Positions 19,744 through 29,809 of a stretch of 64,000 bases of DNA are shown in pieces (the stretch's first letter is position 1; every line of letters begins with the position of its first letter). Where the stretch lies: assembly GCA_050250895.1 (NCBI GenBank), contig JBFWNU010000009.1, forward strand, positions 239,247 to 303,246, given 5' to 3'. The position numbers were made by a program, and so were the translations under genes. The notes below the pieces were generated by a model. That model was not told the DNA's origin and made no database searches. It was given only the letters and a program-made list of their open reading frames with translations. The DNA comes from Vulcanimicrobiota bacterium. Lineage in GTDB: Bacteria > Vulcanimicrobiota > Xenobia > Xenobiales > JADMJV01.

Positions 19744-20664
19744 TTAAGCTCGCTTGCGAAAGACCGCGGCGAAGGTTGCACCCGAAAGGGGAAGAAGCCA
19801 ACCCAAAAACCTCGACCAGAATCGGGTAAAGCAGTTGCGATTCGTTAGACTATCCAGGTGACCATAGGTCGAGAAATATTCTCCAGCAAAGTTTGGCAAG
19901 TAGCGACGCCTCAACGCCTCGATGTCGATGCCGCGCCCGCGATGGAAACGGCCACCGGCGAAAGGGGAATGAATATCGACGATCTCGTTGATTTGATTCT
20001 TGGTCATAGGTTGCTGGATGACGTCCTGTTCGAGCAACGTATGGTTGACCTGTCGATAAAAGGTCTCGTCGGCCGCATTGACGGGTGCTCGCCGCCGGAA
20101 CTTGTTGATAAGCTTCTCGGGATGGCAGAGCACGAAGAATAGGAAAAAGTTGGCAACCAGGATAGGATTGGTGTAGAAAGCTCGGTTGTGTTCGTGACAG
20201 ATGATCAACCGACCACCCGGTTTGATTACGCGGTCGAGTTCACGCAAAAAGCCAAAGTCTGGCAGATGGTGCAGTACCGAGTTCATGGTAACCACATCGA
20301 GGGAAGCGTCAGGTTGCTCGAGCCTTTTTCCGTCGAGATTTAGATACTCCACGGTAAGCCCGGGATACCGAGATGTCATCGTCTGCCTGCAGACATCGAG
20401 CATCCGTTCAGAAATGTCCGAACACACCAGCACATCGTTTGCGCCTAGAAGCGGACCGAGCTGGAGTGGAACGAAGCCTGTTCCCGAACCCAGGTCGAGC
20501 ACCCGCAGCGGTCGCTTCATGCTGCCCACGAAACGCTGGCTGATTTGGCGCCATCGTTCGACCTCGTCCCGAATGATTTCAGGATGGGTTCTATCGTAAG
20601 AGGCCTGCTCGTAATCGTGAAACACACGATTGACCTCGAGCACGAGCTCGGGCGCATATTGCAC
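19744..20664 (-). CDS. Class I SAM-dependent methyltransferase
   Basis: VLDLGSGTG, SLDVVTMNSVLHH, RVIKPGG. Confidence 0.9.
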   Translation of the reverse strand: MQYAPELVLEVNRVFHDYEQASYDRTHPEIIRDEVERWRQISQRFVGSMKRPLRVLDLGSGTGFVPLQLGPLLGANDVLVCSDISERMLDVCRQTMTSRYPGLTVEYLNLDGKRLEQPDASLDVVTMNSVLHHLPDFGFLRELDRVIKPGGRLIICHEHNRAFYTNPILVANFFLFFVLCHPEKLINKFRRRAPVNAADETFYRQVNHTLLEQDVIQQPMTKNQINEIVDIHSPFAGGRFHRGRGIDIEALRRRYLPNFAGEYFSTYGHLDSLTNRNCFTRFWSRFLGWLLPLSGATFAAVFRKRA

Positions 20665-20669
20665 AACCG

Positions 20670-21677
20670 CTACACCGAAGCTGCTGAGGGCTGAATCTCG
20701 TAGGCTTCGAGATAGCCGATAAATTCGTCGACGGTGTCGGACATACGGCCCCAGAAGTCGGTGTCGAAAACCATACCCAACTGCTCGCGAATCTTGCGAT
20801 TATCCACATCAAAATACTTGATGTCACCCACAGCCCAATCACTATGGACGATCGTTGAGGTAGTGCGAGAGCCCATCAGCCTGAGAATCCCCTCGGCGAG
20901 TTCTCCTACCGAGACCTGGATCCCAGAAGCGCAGTTGTACACCTCGCCACTAGCACGGGGATCGATGGCCGCGAGAAGGTTAGCGTTCACCAGATCTTTG
21001 ACCCAGGTGAAGCTACGCATTTGCGTGCCGTCGCCGTGCACGGTGAGGTTCTTCTTCTCAAGTGCGTTGCGCAAGAAGATTGACACCACCCCCCCGAACT
21101 CATTGGATTCTTGCCGGGGTCCATAGACATGGAAATAGCGAAGAATGGTAGTGTCCAGGCCGTGCAACTGGTTGAAGGTGGCGACGTAGCGCTCACCGGC
21201 CAGATTGCTGACTCCGTAATAAGAACGCGGGTTGAGGGGGTGCTCCTCGTTGGTGGGGAAGATGACCGGCTCCCCGTAAACAGACCCTGTCGAAGCGTGA
21301 ACGAACTTCTTGACGCCAAACTCTACCGACATGAGCAAGAGGTTGAGGGTGCCGCCGGCGTTGACATCGAGATCGCGGGCGGGGTCTCTCAGACAGACGG
21401 TCTTCTTCGACGCGGCGTTGTGGAAGATGATGTCGATGCCGTTCTCGAATAAGGGCCGTAGCGCCGAGGGGTCGGTTATATCAACGGTCTTATGGTGAAA
21501 GTGTGGATGGTTGCGATACGGAGCATAGTTATGCTCTTTTCCGGCCGAAAGATCGTCCACCGCCGTGACGCAGGCCCCGTGCTCCAACAGGGACTCGCAG
21601 AGATGACAGCCGATAAAGCCTGCGGAGCCAGTGACAACCACGCGCTGGCCTGCCAGTTTGGAAGTATCAATGTTCAT
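20670..21677 (-). CDS. NAD-dependent nucleotide-sugar epimerase/dehydratase
   Basis: TGSAGFIG, YGVSN (variant of YxxxK), LRYFHVYGPRQ; ATG 21677. Confidence 0.9.
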   Translation of the reverse strand: MNIDTSKLAGQRVVVTGSAGFIGCHLCESLLEHGACVTAVDDLSAGKEHNYAPYRNHPHFHHKTVDITDPSALRPLFENGIDIIFHNAASKKTVCLRDPARDLDVNAGGTLNLLLMSVEFGVKKFVHASTGSVYGEPVIFPTNEEHPLNPRSYYGVSNLAGERYVATFNQLHGLDTTILRYFHVYGPRQESNEFGGVVSIFLRNALEKKNLTVHGDGTQMRSFTWVKDLVNANLLAAIDPRASGEVYNCASGIQVSVGELAEGILRLMGSRTTSTIVHSDWAVGDIKYFDVDNRKIREQLGMVFDTDFWGRMSDTVDEFIGYLEAYEIQPSAASV

Positions 21678-21759
21678 TTCTCTCTGTCGCCTTTCATTCC
21701 CGGCCTCCCGACACCGTGGTATTCCCAATGTTAAGTTCGTATCAAACCAGTGGTCTTGC

Positions 21760-24471
21760 CTAGAACCAGGCGGCAAACGTTGTTGCCTCGAGGGCCATGA
21801 GCTTCGTCTGGTGACCGGCGCTTGCGGCCGTCACGCGAAGACCACCCCTGGTCAGTTCAAACGTCAGAGTCAGAGGGTCATCTGCGGCAGGTAGCAGCGC
21901 CTCCTTAAGCTTCTGGATTTCTGGATTCCACGAGCCATCGTCGAGGCGAATCCGGTCGTCGAGACCACGATTCTGTAATATGGTCAGCATTTGCGCACCG
22001 GCCGAAGCCTGAACGCCTGGGACACTCTTGGAAGTGACTTCTTCTCCGAATCGTGTTCCGGCGGGAAAGAGTTCTAGAAACCGGCCATGCATCTGAATGC
22101 CGAGAGAACCGACGAGCAGCTGCTCTGCCTGGCTGCACCGGGCAACTGCGTCGCCCAACACCAGGCCCTCCTGGGCCAGCACCCGCGGGTGACGCTGCGC
22201 TCCCAGAGCCACGCATCTTTTGGGGTCCGTGGCAGCCAGCTTGTCCGAGTCCAAAAAGCCTCGCTCCAGGGCACGCACCACCAACGGGAAGGACGAGGCG
22301 CGACCCGCTCTAACAATGGTATCAGGCCGCTCTAGACCCGCCCGCTGCACTAACCTTTGGGCGCAACGGATGCCCGCCTCCAGCGTGGGACCCAGCCAGT
22401 TCTCCAGGTCGTGGGCGGATAGGTCAAGCTCGGTGGCTGGCAAGGCCTCTAGGCCATTCTCACCGAGAAAATGTAGGTGCCCGGCGCCAAAGCGGAGGGT
22501 CTTCCATTCGGGTCTACCCTGACAGGCCTCGATAACCGCCTCCTCGGTGATGCCCCGAATTCTCATAAACTCTTCGAAAGCCTGATCGTCAGACAGGTCC
22601 GCGCAGGCCAGCAGTGGGGGCTGCCCTGGTAGCCCCCTAGAAAGGCCTTCGATAGCCAACATCGTGAGCTGGTCGATGACCCTCTCTCCCCCGATATCGG
22701 TGGCACCATCCACCCCTAACACACGCCATTTTAGAGCTTTGCCTTCCGCCCAAAACTCCAACAAACAAAGGTCCAGCGTCGTCCCTCCCAAATCGTAGAC
22801 CAGAACCGTCCGGCGGCTTTTGGGGGCGGACGAGCCCGATAGAAATGAGAATGCTGCGGCTAGCGACTCGGGCAGGGCGACCAGTTCCAATTCATTGCGA
22901 CGAGCCGTGGTGGTGGTCACCCATAAGGCCTCGCGCAGACAGGCGATCAGGGTGGCCTTCTCTTCCTCGGAACAACGCGCGGGGTGACACAGAAGTACTC
23001 GCGTAAAGTCGAGACCCGTCTCTCCCCGAGACCAAAGCTTGAGTTGCAAGCGTTGCAACCAAATTCTCAAGAAGTCTCCTAGAACTCGTCGAGGGGGCAA
23101 GTCGTAGGTGGCCAGGGGCTCCTCTCGGGGAATGACTCGCAGGCTGGCTGTTCCCATAAGCAAACTTCGTTTGGCTGCACCCACCACGGAGTGACGCGAG
23201 CAGGCCGATCTGCCCAGTTCTCTGGCCGGCGCCCCGATGCACACTTCAGGTGAGGGTGCCAGCCGAATGTAGCCCACACTGCTGTCTACGAGTCCATCTT
23301 CCAGCTCAGGAAAAAAGTCGACCGGAAGACCAACCTTCTTCCCCGCGGCACAACTGCCCCGAGTCCCGACATCGAGTAGCAGCCAGCCCTCATACACGCC
23401 GCGGACCACCCTATCGAGGCGGACCGGCACAACCCAGGCCGAGTCATCGGGACCCACGAATCGAAGTGCGCCCACTGCAGGATAGTGCTCACAATCGATG
23501 ATAAGCGCGAGTTCGAGCGTCTGGCCGCTCTCAACAGAGGTTGGCCAGAAGCCGTCGGGTACGCGCCCGGTCGCTCCTGGCACGTCCACCTCCAGGCGCG
23601 CGATGCGCCAGGGACGATGCCATTTCGCTCCGGGCGTTCCGTTGCCCAGGGCCAACATCAGGGGGTGCGATTCAAAACCCTCAACCACTGCGAGCTCGAG
23701 TCGGGGCGAGAGTTCGCGTCCCCGAATCTGGGGCGCCGGCGCTCCTCGGCAGGGGATGTCCAACACTAGGGCCGCGCGGTCGGGATAAGCCAACTCCATT
23801 TTGAATTCGGCGGCGCGTCGCGCCATCAGCGCCTGGGCCAGACCCGGCTCTAGCCGCAACCGCAGTCCTGCGGGGGACTGTGGTGTGGCCAGGTCGCGAT
23901 CGTAGCCAGCAAGAGTCAGGCCATCAGTGCGGCTTTCGAGCAGGGCCGGCAAAGCGGCCCCTCCTCGCACTTGCAGTTCGAGGTGAAAATCGACGCCCGC
24001 CGCTTTCAAGCCTAGAGCACCCGCCAGTGGCCTGAGGGCCACTTCCGGCTGGTGGCTGAGTACGATGGTGGACTTGCTTCGAAAATCCGCGCCCTTGATT
24101 CCTAAATCCAGAGAGGCAAAGGCCGGTACGGAAGCCGGCAGCTTTAAGCTCACTGCCCAGACAACCGACTCGCCCGGATAAATCAAGACCTTAGCAGCGT
24201 CTGAAAGCTCTATCCAGGCGGGCTGACAAGCAAAAGCCTGCGGGTCCACCTCGAGCGGCCCGCCGACTCCCTCGTTGCGTAGGACCAGCCTCAAATCCCC
24301 AGGGATGCTACTCCAATCCCTCCAAGGACCTAACGGGGCCCACGACCTGCTCGAGATACGTCCCTCGAGCCACAGAGTTAGTCGCCCCAAGAGGTGGCCG
24401 CAGTGACCGCAAAAGCGGTCCTCCTCAGCCACGGGTCCGCCGCAGGTAAGGACGGGACAGGCAGCAGTCAC
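21760..24471 (-). CDS. Zn-ribbon + Ig-like repeats + Hsp70/DnaK-like protein
   Basis: N-terminal CPVLTC..FCGHCG; LLDVGTRGSC, LPESLAAA, VYDLGGTTLDL, IGGE, AGRASSFP, DPKRCVALGA, SLGI..., LTFELTRGGLRVTA. Confidence 0.8.
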   Translation of the reverse strand: MTAACPVLTCGGPVAEEDRFCGHCGHLLGRLTLWLEGRISSRSWAPLGPWRDWSSIPGDLRLVLRNEGVGGPLEVDPQAFACQPAWIELSDAAKVLIYPGESVVWAVSLKLPASVPAFASLDLGIKGADFRSKSTIVLSHQPEVALRPLAGALGLKAAGVDFHLELQVRGGAALPALLESRTDGLTLAGYDRDLATPQSPAGLRLRLEPGLAQALMARRAAEFKMELAYPDRAALVLDIPCRGAPAPQIRGRELSPRLELAVVEGFESHPLMLALGNGTPGAKWHRPWRIARLEVDVPGATGRVPDGFWPTSVESGQTLELALIIDCEHYPAVGALRFVGPDDSAWVVPVRLDRVVRGVYEGWLLLDVGTRGSCAAGKKVGLPVDFFPELEDGLVDSSVGYIRLAPSPEVCIGAPARELGRSACSRHSVVGAAKRSLLMGTASLRVIPREEPLATYDLPPRRVLGDFLRIWLQRLQLKLWSRGETGLDFTRVLLCHPARCSEEEKATLIACLREALWVTTTTARRNELELVALPESLAAAFSFLSGSSAPKSRRTVLVYDLGGTTLDLCLLEFWAEGKALKWRVLGVDGATDIGGERVIDQLTMLAIEGLSRGLPGQPPLLACADLSDDQAFEEFMRIRGITEEAVIEACQGRPEWKTLRFGAGHLHFLGENGLEALPATELDLSAHDLENWLGPTLEAGIRCAQRLVQRAGLERPDTIVRAGRASSFPLVVRALERGFLDSDKLAATDPKRCVALGAQRHPRVLAQEGLVLGDAVARCSQAEQLLVGSLGIQMHGRFLELFPAGTRFGEEVTSKSVPGVQASAGAQMLTILQNRGLDDRIRLDDGSWNPEIQKLKEALLPAADDPLTLTFELTRGGLRVTAASAGHQTKLMALEATTFAAWF

Positions 24472-27401
24472 CGCTGGCCCCCTGCGATACGGCCAGCCGA
24501 GGCTTGCTCTCCGACCTGGGCCAGCAGAAGACCGACCTCAGCTTCACTCAAGTCGCGCAGACACGGCAGTGTCCTGAGTCGCTCTTCCTCGCGGGTCAAC
24601 AGATCGATCTCCAAGCGCCGCGCCAGCGGTAGTTCGCGCAGGTCAAACACCTGGCCCCACTGTTCACCGAATGCCTCGATTTTCGCCCCAGCCAGTTTCG
24701 CGGCAAGTCTAACCACGACGGCCGCGTCTCCACTGGCGTGAAAGTGCTCAAGCTGAGTCTCGACAGCCTGCAACAGTTGCCTCCGACGGCGTTCGTCGCG
24801 GCAAAGCCGGGCTAGTGCCCTGGTATGGCTGCCGAGAGGGAAGCGCCTCAGGTAGAGACCACGTCGAAGATTCCAAAAGAACTCTCCGCGGTGGACCTCG
24901 ACGATGCCAAGCAAGCGGCCCAACACAAAAGCTCGAAAGGCCTCCGCAAGGGCCTCTCTCTCGGGCTCCGAACTGATGGTCAGCTCGTCGAGATCTTCGC
25001 GCCGACTATCCGTGTGAAGTGGCTCGCCGGCAGAAAAGAAGAGTTCATAGTCTGCTCTTGACTGTTCAAGGTGCAAAAGCATGTTGAGCGGCAATCCACC
25101 GACCTCGTAGCAGAACAGAATTTCATCACTTTCAGGCAGTTCGAGGAAATGAACATCCTGGCTCGAGGAGCGGCGAACCATCTCCTCAAACCGCGACCAG
25201 AAGTCACGCAGTTCGGCCGTCTCGCTCAGCGAGCGACCTTCTGAGACAGAAGGCAACCCTACGATCAAGAATGCTTGGGACCGAGGAATACCTGACTTCG
25301 CCCCGCCCAAATCCAGCAGATGGCGAACCTGAGCCTCCTGCCGTTGCTCGTCCTGCTCGGTAAAGAACTGCCTGAGCACGTGAAAATCTTGAGAAATCGG
25401 GTCAAAGACGCGACCACAACGGTGGAGGATGGCCGCCTCCCAACGGGCACCCTCTCCAGCGACTCTATCCTCAGGCAACTGGAGCGGTGTCCGACCCAAC
25501 CCGGTCAAGATCTCGGCACCCAGACGATCGAACCAGCCGCGATCGCCCACATACAATGTGTAAATCCTCTCCAAGAGTCCCCCCTCACTGCCCAGGTCCT
25601 CCAGCAGATGGCGGTCCGACCTGACGCTGAGCCGTTCATAGCGAGCCAAAAGCGTGCTTTGAAGCTCTTGCCAGTAAGTCTGGGCCAAGCGAATTCTCTG
25701 TAGCAGCCCATCGTGCTGGCCCCGAGCTCGCGGTGCGCCGTCCAAGTGTTCAAGCATTCCACGACAGAGTTCCACTGCTTCGGCCAGTGCCCGCTGACGC
25801 AGCAGGCTCTGCAGGGAGCCGCAGCCGGTCTCCAGCACAGAGTCGAGGTAAGCCTCGGCCGCCCGCCCAACCCGATACTCTCGACTCCGGAGCCACGAGA
25901 TACGAACGTTTTCCTTGACTACCTCGCTAAAACGCCGTTGCACCTCTGACGAAGCCAGGCGGTAGCGGTTGCTTTCTTCCTCCATCTCCCGAGCGAACCC
26001 GTGCTGCAACCGGGTGACCTGCTCCCTGACCCGTCCGAAGAGCGCGTGACACTCTTCCAGACTGAGATGATCGTCGGCCAGTGCTTGGCGGAGGATGTTG
26101 GAGAAGGCCTCTTGCAGACGGGCGAGCACGCCGTGGCGGTTGGCCCTGACAATTTGAAAGTAAGAACCCGCGCGGTCCTCAATCGAGGCCGTGAGAGCCT
26201 GCACCCGTTCCACGAGATACTCGGGCAGATACTGGGCCGCGCGCAGGTCGGCCAAGATGCTACGCCTGCTCTCAGCCAGTTTGCGAGCCAGGCTCTGAGT
26301 TCTGCTACTTTCCAGGTCGCCCTTGCCCAGCGGGTCGATCAGTGCCTGAATCAGCTCTTCCTTCGCCGGTATCGGCCTGGTGTGGTTGACCACTCTCAAA
26401 ACCGCGGCTTCGTCCACCTCGCCGCCCGTCCAGCGCTGCACCACACTAGCTGCCAGCCTGGTGGTGCACGCTTGATAAAGGCGACGATGGCCCAGCCCGA
26501 TGGCGCCGAGACGGGCGCCGCCGAAGCGGCAGGCAAAGCTTTGGATCAAAGACTCTCGCTGAGATTCCCCTTTCCTACCGGCCAACTGTCGCAGATTTAC
26601 CCGCAAACTCCGCCGTTGAGCAGCAAACGGTCCCGAAGTGTAGTCTTTTACGATTTGCTCGGCCAGTTCGCTGCAAATGGCCGGTCCCGGCTCCAGGAAC
26701 AAACACGTGTCCAGGACCGGCGGGGAGAGAGCGAAGCTACGGCCCGGAAACCAGTCAACCACCAACGGCGCACTGGCGCTACTATAATGATTGAGTTCTT
26801 TGAAAAACGCGTAGAGGTTGGCGCGCTGGCGACGTTCTTCATATCCGGTTCCTTCGCTCATATGGGGCACAAACAAGCCCTCCAGAGAGATTCGATGGGG
26901 GCCGAGAGTTTGACGCAGCAGAAACGCCAGATCGAGCAGAAGGCCTGACTCCACTAGCTGCAAATTGCTGACGAGATAGATGCAGGTGGGTTGTCCCAAA
27001 TCAACCTCAAAGCCTGGAGGGTTCACTCCGATCGGGTCTCGGCAACGGCTCTCTGCATTTCTCGACGCTTCACGCAGAGTCTGGTAATTGTCGACAAGAA
27101 GCAATCTGCCGTGAGCCCTGATAGGCCGACTTCCTGGGCGCTGGGCCCAGCCTGGGTACCACCAGTGAGCCACGTCATCGTGACTTTGGTGGCGAAACCT
27201 TAACGTAAGGGTATCGCCTTCGGATAATCGGGGCTCGCTGTCGAGGGGCAGGTGGAAGTAACTGAGGCAGCCCAGTCGCTGTTGTCCATAGATTTCATCG
27301 AGGCGCTCAGAGACCGCCTCGATGACCTCACCTCCCAGCCGACCCAGGCCAAGAATAAGGCCTGGTCGGACTCGCGTCTTTCTAGGCGCGGCTGGACTCA
27401 T
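24468..27401 (-). CDS. Tubulin-like (Tubulin_2/FtsZl1-type) large protein with degenerate GTPase loop
   Basis: GLILGLGRLGGEV, IRAHGRL, SGLLLDLAFLLR, ANLYAFFKELNHY, long helical region, C-terminal AFVLGRLLGIV. Confidence 0.75.
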   Translation of the reverse strand: MSPAAPRKTRVRPGLILGLGRLGGEVIEAVSERLDEIYGQQRLGCLSYFHLPLDSEPRLSEGDTLTLRFRHQSHDDVAHWWYPGWAQRPGSRPIRAHGRLLLVDNYQTLREASRNAESRCRDPIGVNPPGFEVDLGQPTCIYLVSNLQLVESGLLLDLAFLLRQTLGPHRISLEGLFVPHMSEGTGYEERRQRANLYAFFKELNHYSSASAPLVVDWFPGRSFALSPPVLDTCLFLEPGPAICSELAEQIVKDYTSGPFAAQRRSLRVNLRQLAGRKGESQRESLIQSFACRFGGARLGAIGLGHRRLYQACTTRLAASVVQRWTGGEVDEAAVLRVVNHTRPIPAKEELIQALIDPLGKGDLESSRTQSLARKLAESRRSILADLRAAQYLPEYLVERVQALTASIEDRAGSYFQIVRANRHGVLARLQEAFSNILRQALADDHLSLEECHALFGRVREQVTRLQHGFAREMEEESNRYRLASSEVQRRFSEVVKENVRISWLRSREYRVGRAAEAYLDSVLETGCGSLQSLLRQRALAEAVELCRGMLEHLDGAPRARGQHDGLLQRIRLAQTYWQELQSTLLARYERLSVRSDRHLLEDLGSEGGLLERIYTLYVGDRGWFDRLGAEILTGLGRTPLQLPEDRVAGEGARWEAAILHRCGRVFDPISQDFHVLRQFFTEQDEQRQEAQVRHLLDLGGAKSGIPRSQAFLIVGLPSVSEGRSLSETAELRDFWSRFEEMVRRSSSQDVHFLELPESDEILFCYEVGGLPLNMLLHLEQSRADYELFFSAGEPLHTDSRREDLDELTISSEPEREALAEAFRAFVLGRLLGIVEVHRGEFFWNLRRGLYLRRFPLGSHTRALARLCRDERRRRQLLQAVETQLEHFHASGDAAVVVRLAAKLAGAKIEAFGEQWGQVFDLRELPLARRLEIDLLTREEERLRTLPCLRDLSEAEVGLLLAQVGEQASAGRIAGGQR

Positions 27402-29791
27402 TATTCGAGGAGTGTCTTCTGCTTTAGCTCGTTGAGTTTCGCCTTCCAGGCAGCATTCTTGGGATTCTTCTGGAGAGCCTCTTCATAATAGCCAGTAGCT
27501 ATTTCGTCGTGCCCGCTACGGGCGAACAACTCGCCCAGTCTAGCGTGCAAGGTCCCGTCTGGGTCGGTGGTGAGTCCCTCGCGAAGGACGGTTCTGGCGG
27601 CCGAAATGTCGTCGATGCTCTGGTAGGTTTCGCAGATGGTCAGGCGCAACGAGACATCAGACGGCCGGTCTCGCAATTCTAACTCGAGTCGCTCCAGCAC
27701 CTTCTTGGAGTCGACCCGCTGAAGCCTTGCTTCTCGAGCCCAGGCCAGGACAGCCCGGTTGCGACACTCCTGATTCTTATCGTCTTCGGCAATCTGGTCG
27801 ATGATGCCAGACAGCTCAGCCAGGCGTTCGGGAGCAGAAAGTTCGTTCTGAGAGCTCGCCCAACGAAGACGGGCGCAAAGATCCTCTGGGAAATGCTGTA
27901 GATAGACCGTGAAGAAAATGTTCACGACGGTCGGTTCTCGGGTTGTCTCGGCGGTGGCGATGGCGCCCTGACAAACAGTCTCGAGCGCCTCCGCCGGAAA
28001 GACGTTCTCTTCGAAAAGTTCGTTGAGTTGGCGCGCTCCCTCCCCGGGCTTTTGAGTCTCGAGAACAGCTAGCAAGCCTCCGTACACGCGCGCAAAGCGA
28101 GGAGTCTTCAGCTTCTTCAGCTCGGCCAGACCCTCCTCGATGCGCCGCTGAAGCAAGAGATTGCGAACCAGAGACTGTCTCATTACCCAGCTATAGGGCG
28201 CCAGCCGAACCGCCTCGCGCCACAGTTGTTCAGCCGCCTCGAGATGATTAGACCGCTCTTCCATCAAGGCGACCTTACCGATCACATCGATGTCATAGGG
28301 ACTCAACTCCCTGGCGCGGGTCAGGTTAGCTCGTTCCTCGGCAAGCCATTTCTCGTCTTGCTGCAGGGCTGCCAGACGACGAGCCAGCGAGGCTCTGTCC
28401 TCGTGAAGCTGAGAACTCAGTGGCTGATAACCCAGGGCCCTGGTCAGGGCCGCGTAAGCGTCTTCCCAACGCAGTTCGGCTCGAAGTCGCTCCGCCTGTG
28501 CCATCGATCTTTCGGCCTGCAGCAAGCGATAGCCGGTCACGCCGAGAAACAAGCCACACAGAAGCAGGGTTGCCGGAACGACGGGGCGGGGTAGACGTTC
28601 GCCCGAACCTGAGTATTTGCTACTATAGACAAAGCCAGCCAGCATAAAGACCCAGACCACATCCGAGGCCACGGGCAGAGCAAAGTTGAAGCACGCATAG
28701 ACCAGCACCGCCAGCCAACCGGCCGCGCTAGCGGCGGCTCGGCCTGACCCTCCACGTGAGTTCTTGGTGCCCAGGCCGAGCAGCCCCAAACAGAAGACGG
28801 CGAAGAGCAAGAAGGCCGGAAGGCCGCAGTCGACCAGAACCTGCACGAAGTCATTGTGAGCCACATTCATGAAGTCTTCATACTGCTGTAACTCAGGTCG
28901 ATGGCTCTGATAAATCAGGTGGAACGTACCCGGACCCGAGCCGAGTAGCGGGTGGTCGAGTGCGGTCGCCGGAGCGCCGAGCAAGACATCCAGGCGGGCC
29001 TGAAACGAGCCCGGATCACCCTCGCTGAGGAGCTGACCGAGTCGGCTAAAAGCCCGACCAAAACGCTCGACGGCCAGCAGGAGAAAAAGACCGGCCCCCG
29101 GCACCCCCCAGCCCAGGAGCACGATGCGCCGGCCATGCTTTTTGGAAGAGGCGGTAAAGGTCAGATAGAGTAACCCCATCGCCATGCCCACCAGAGCCGC
29201 GCGACACCCGGTCAAGAATACACCGACACACATCACGGTCGAGCCCAGAACCGAGCCGACCAACGCTTGAACCGATTCGGTACTGAACAGGGACAGAGCT
29301 AGAAAGAACCCCACCAGCGGAAGAACGGAAAAACAGTCCGGATTGGTGAAATTGGCCTTCAGAAACCTGTCTTGACCTAAAAGGGAAAACCCCCAGAAGC
29401 AACCACAGGCGAGGACGCCCAGGGCCACGCCTGCAAAGTAAGACCACCACTTCGATGACCGGACGCCCGCCACCGAAAAGAAGGCCACCACTCCCACCAA
29501 GCAGTTGGCCAGTGCGTGGACGCTTAAATAGGTGTCTATCGAGGTGGCGACGGAAACCGCAGTCAACCCGGCATAGCCTAGCAAACACAATAGAATCGGT
29601 TCGCGGGAGTAGCGGTCATTGTGCCAGGACAAACCCGCCAGAGCCAAGCCTACCAGACCCGCCAGCACAAAGAGCCCGCCCGGAGGCTGGGCTGTCACAC
29701 CGGCCTCCCATAGAAAAGAGCCCGCGCATAGCAGGCCCAGCATCACCGCCCTGACGACGGCACCAAAACGACTGGAACTCTCCATTGTCAA
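27401..29791 (-). CDS. O-antigen ligase (Wzy_C) family protein with TPR repeats
   Basis: About 12 TM, FTNPD, TGCRAA, PLLGSGPGTF, AHNDFVQ; helical TPR C-terminus (YEEALQKNPKN). Confidence 0.88.
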   Translation of the reverse strand: MTMESSSRFGAVVRAVMLGLLCAGSFLWEAGVTAQPPGGLFVLAGLVGLALAGLSWHNDRYSREPILLCLLGYAGLTAVSVATSIDTYLSVHALANCLVGVVAFFSVAGVRSSKWWSYFAGVALGVLACGCFWGFSLLGQDRFLKANFTNPDCFSVLPLVGFFLALSLFSTESVQALVGSVLGSTVMCVGVFLTGCRAALVGMAMGLLYLTFTASSKKHGRRIVLLGWGVPGAGLFLLLAVERFGRAFSRLGQLLSEGDPGSFQARLDVLLGAPATALDHPLLGSGPGTFHLIYQSHRPELQQYEDFMNVAHNDFVQVLVDCGLPAFLLFAVFCLGLLGLGTKNSRGGSGRAAASAAGWLAVLVYACFNFALPVASDVVWVFMLAGFVYSSKYSGSGERLPRPVVPATLLLCGLFLGVTGYRLLQAERSMAQAERLRAELRWEDAYAALTRALGYQPLSSQLHEDRASLARRLAALQQDEKWLAEERANLTRARELSPYDIDVIGKVALMEERSNHLEAAEQLWREAVRLAPYSWVMRQSLVRNLLLQRRIEEGLAELKKLKTPRFARVYGGLLAVLETQKPGEGARQLNELFEENVFPAEALETVCQGAIATAETTREPTVVNIFFTVYLQHFPEDLCARLRWASSQNELSAPERLAELSGIIDQIAEDDKNQECRNRAVLAWAREARLQRVDSKKVLERLELELRDRPSDVSLRLTICETYQSIDDISAARTVLREGLTTDPDGTLHARLGELFARSGHDEIATGYYEEALQKNPKNAAWKAKLNELKQKTLLE

Positions 29792-29809
29792 ACTGGTCCC
29801 TGGGGATAC

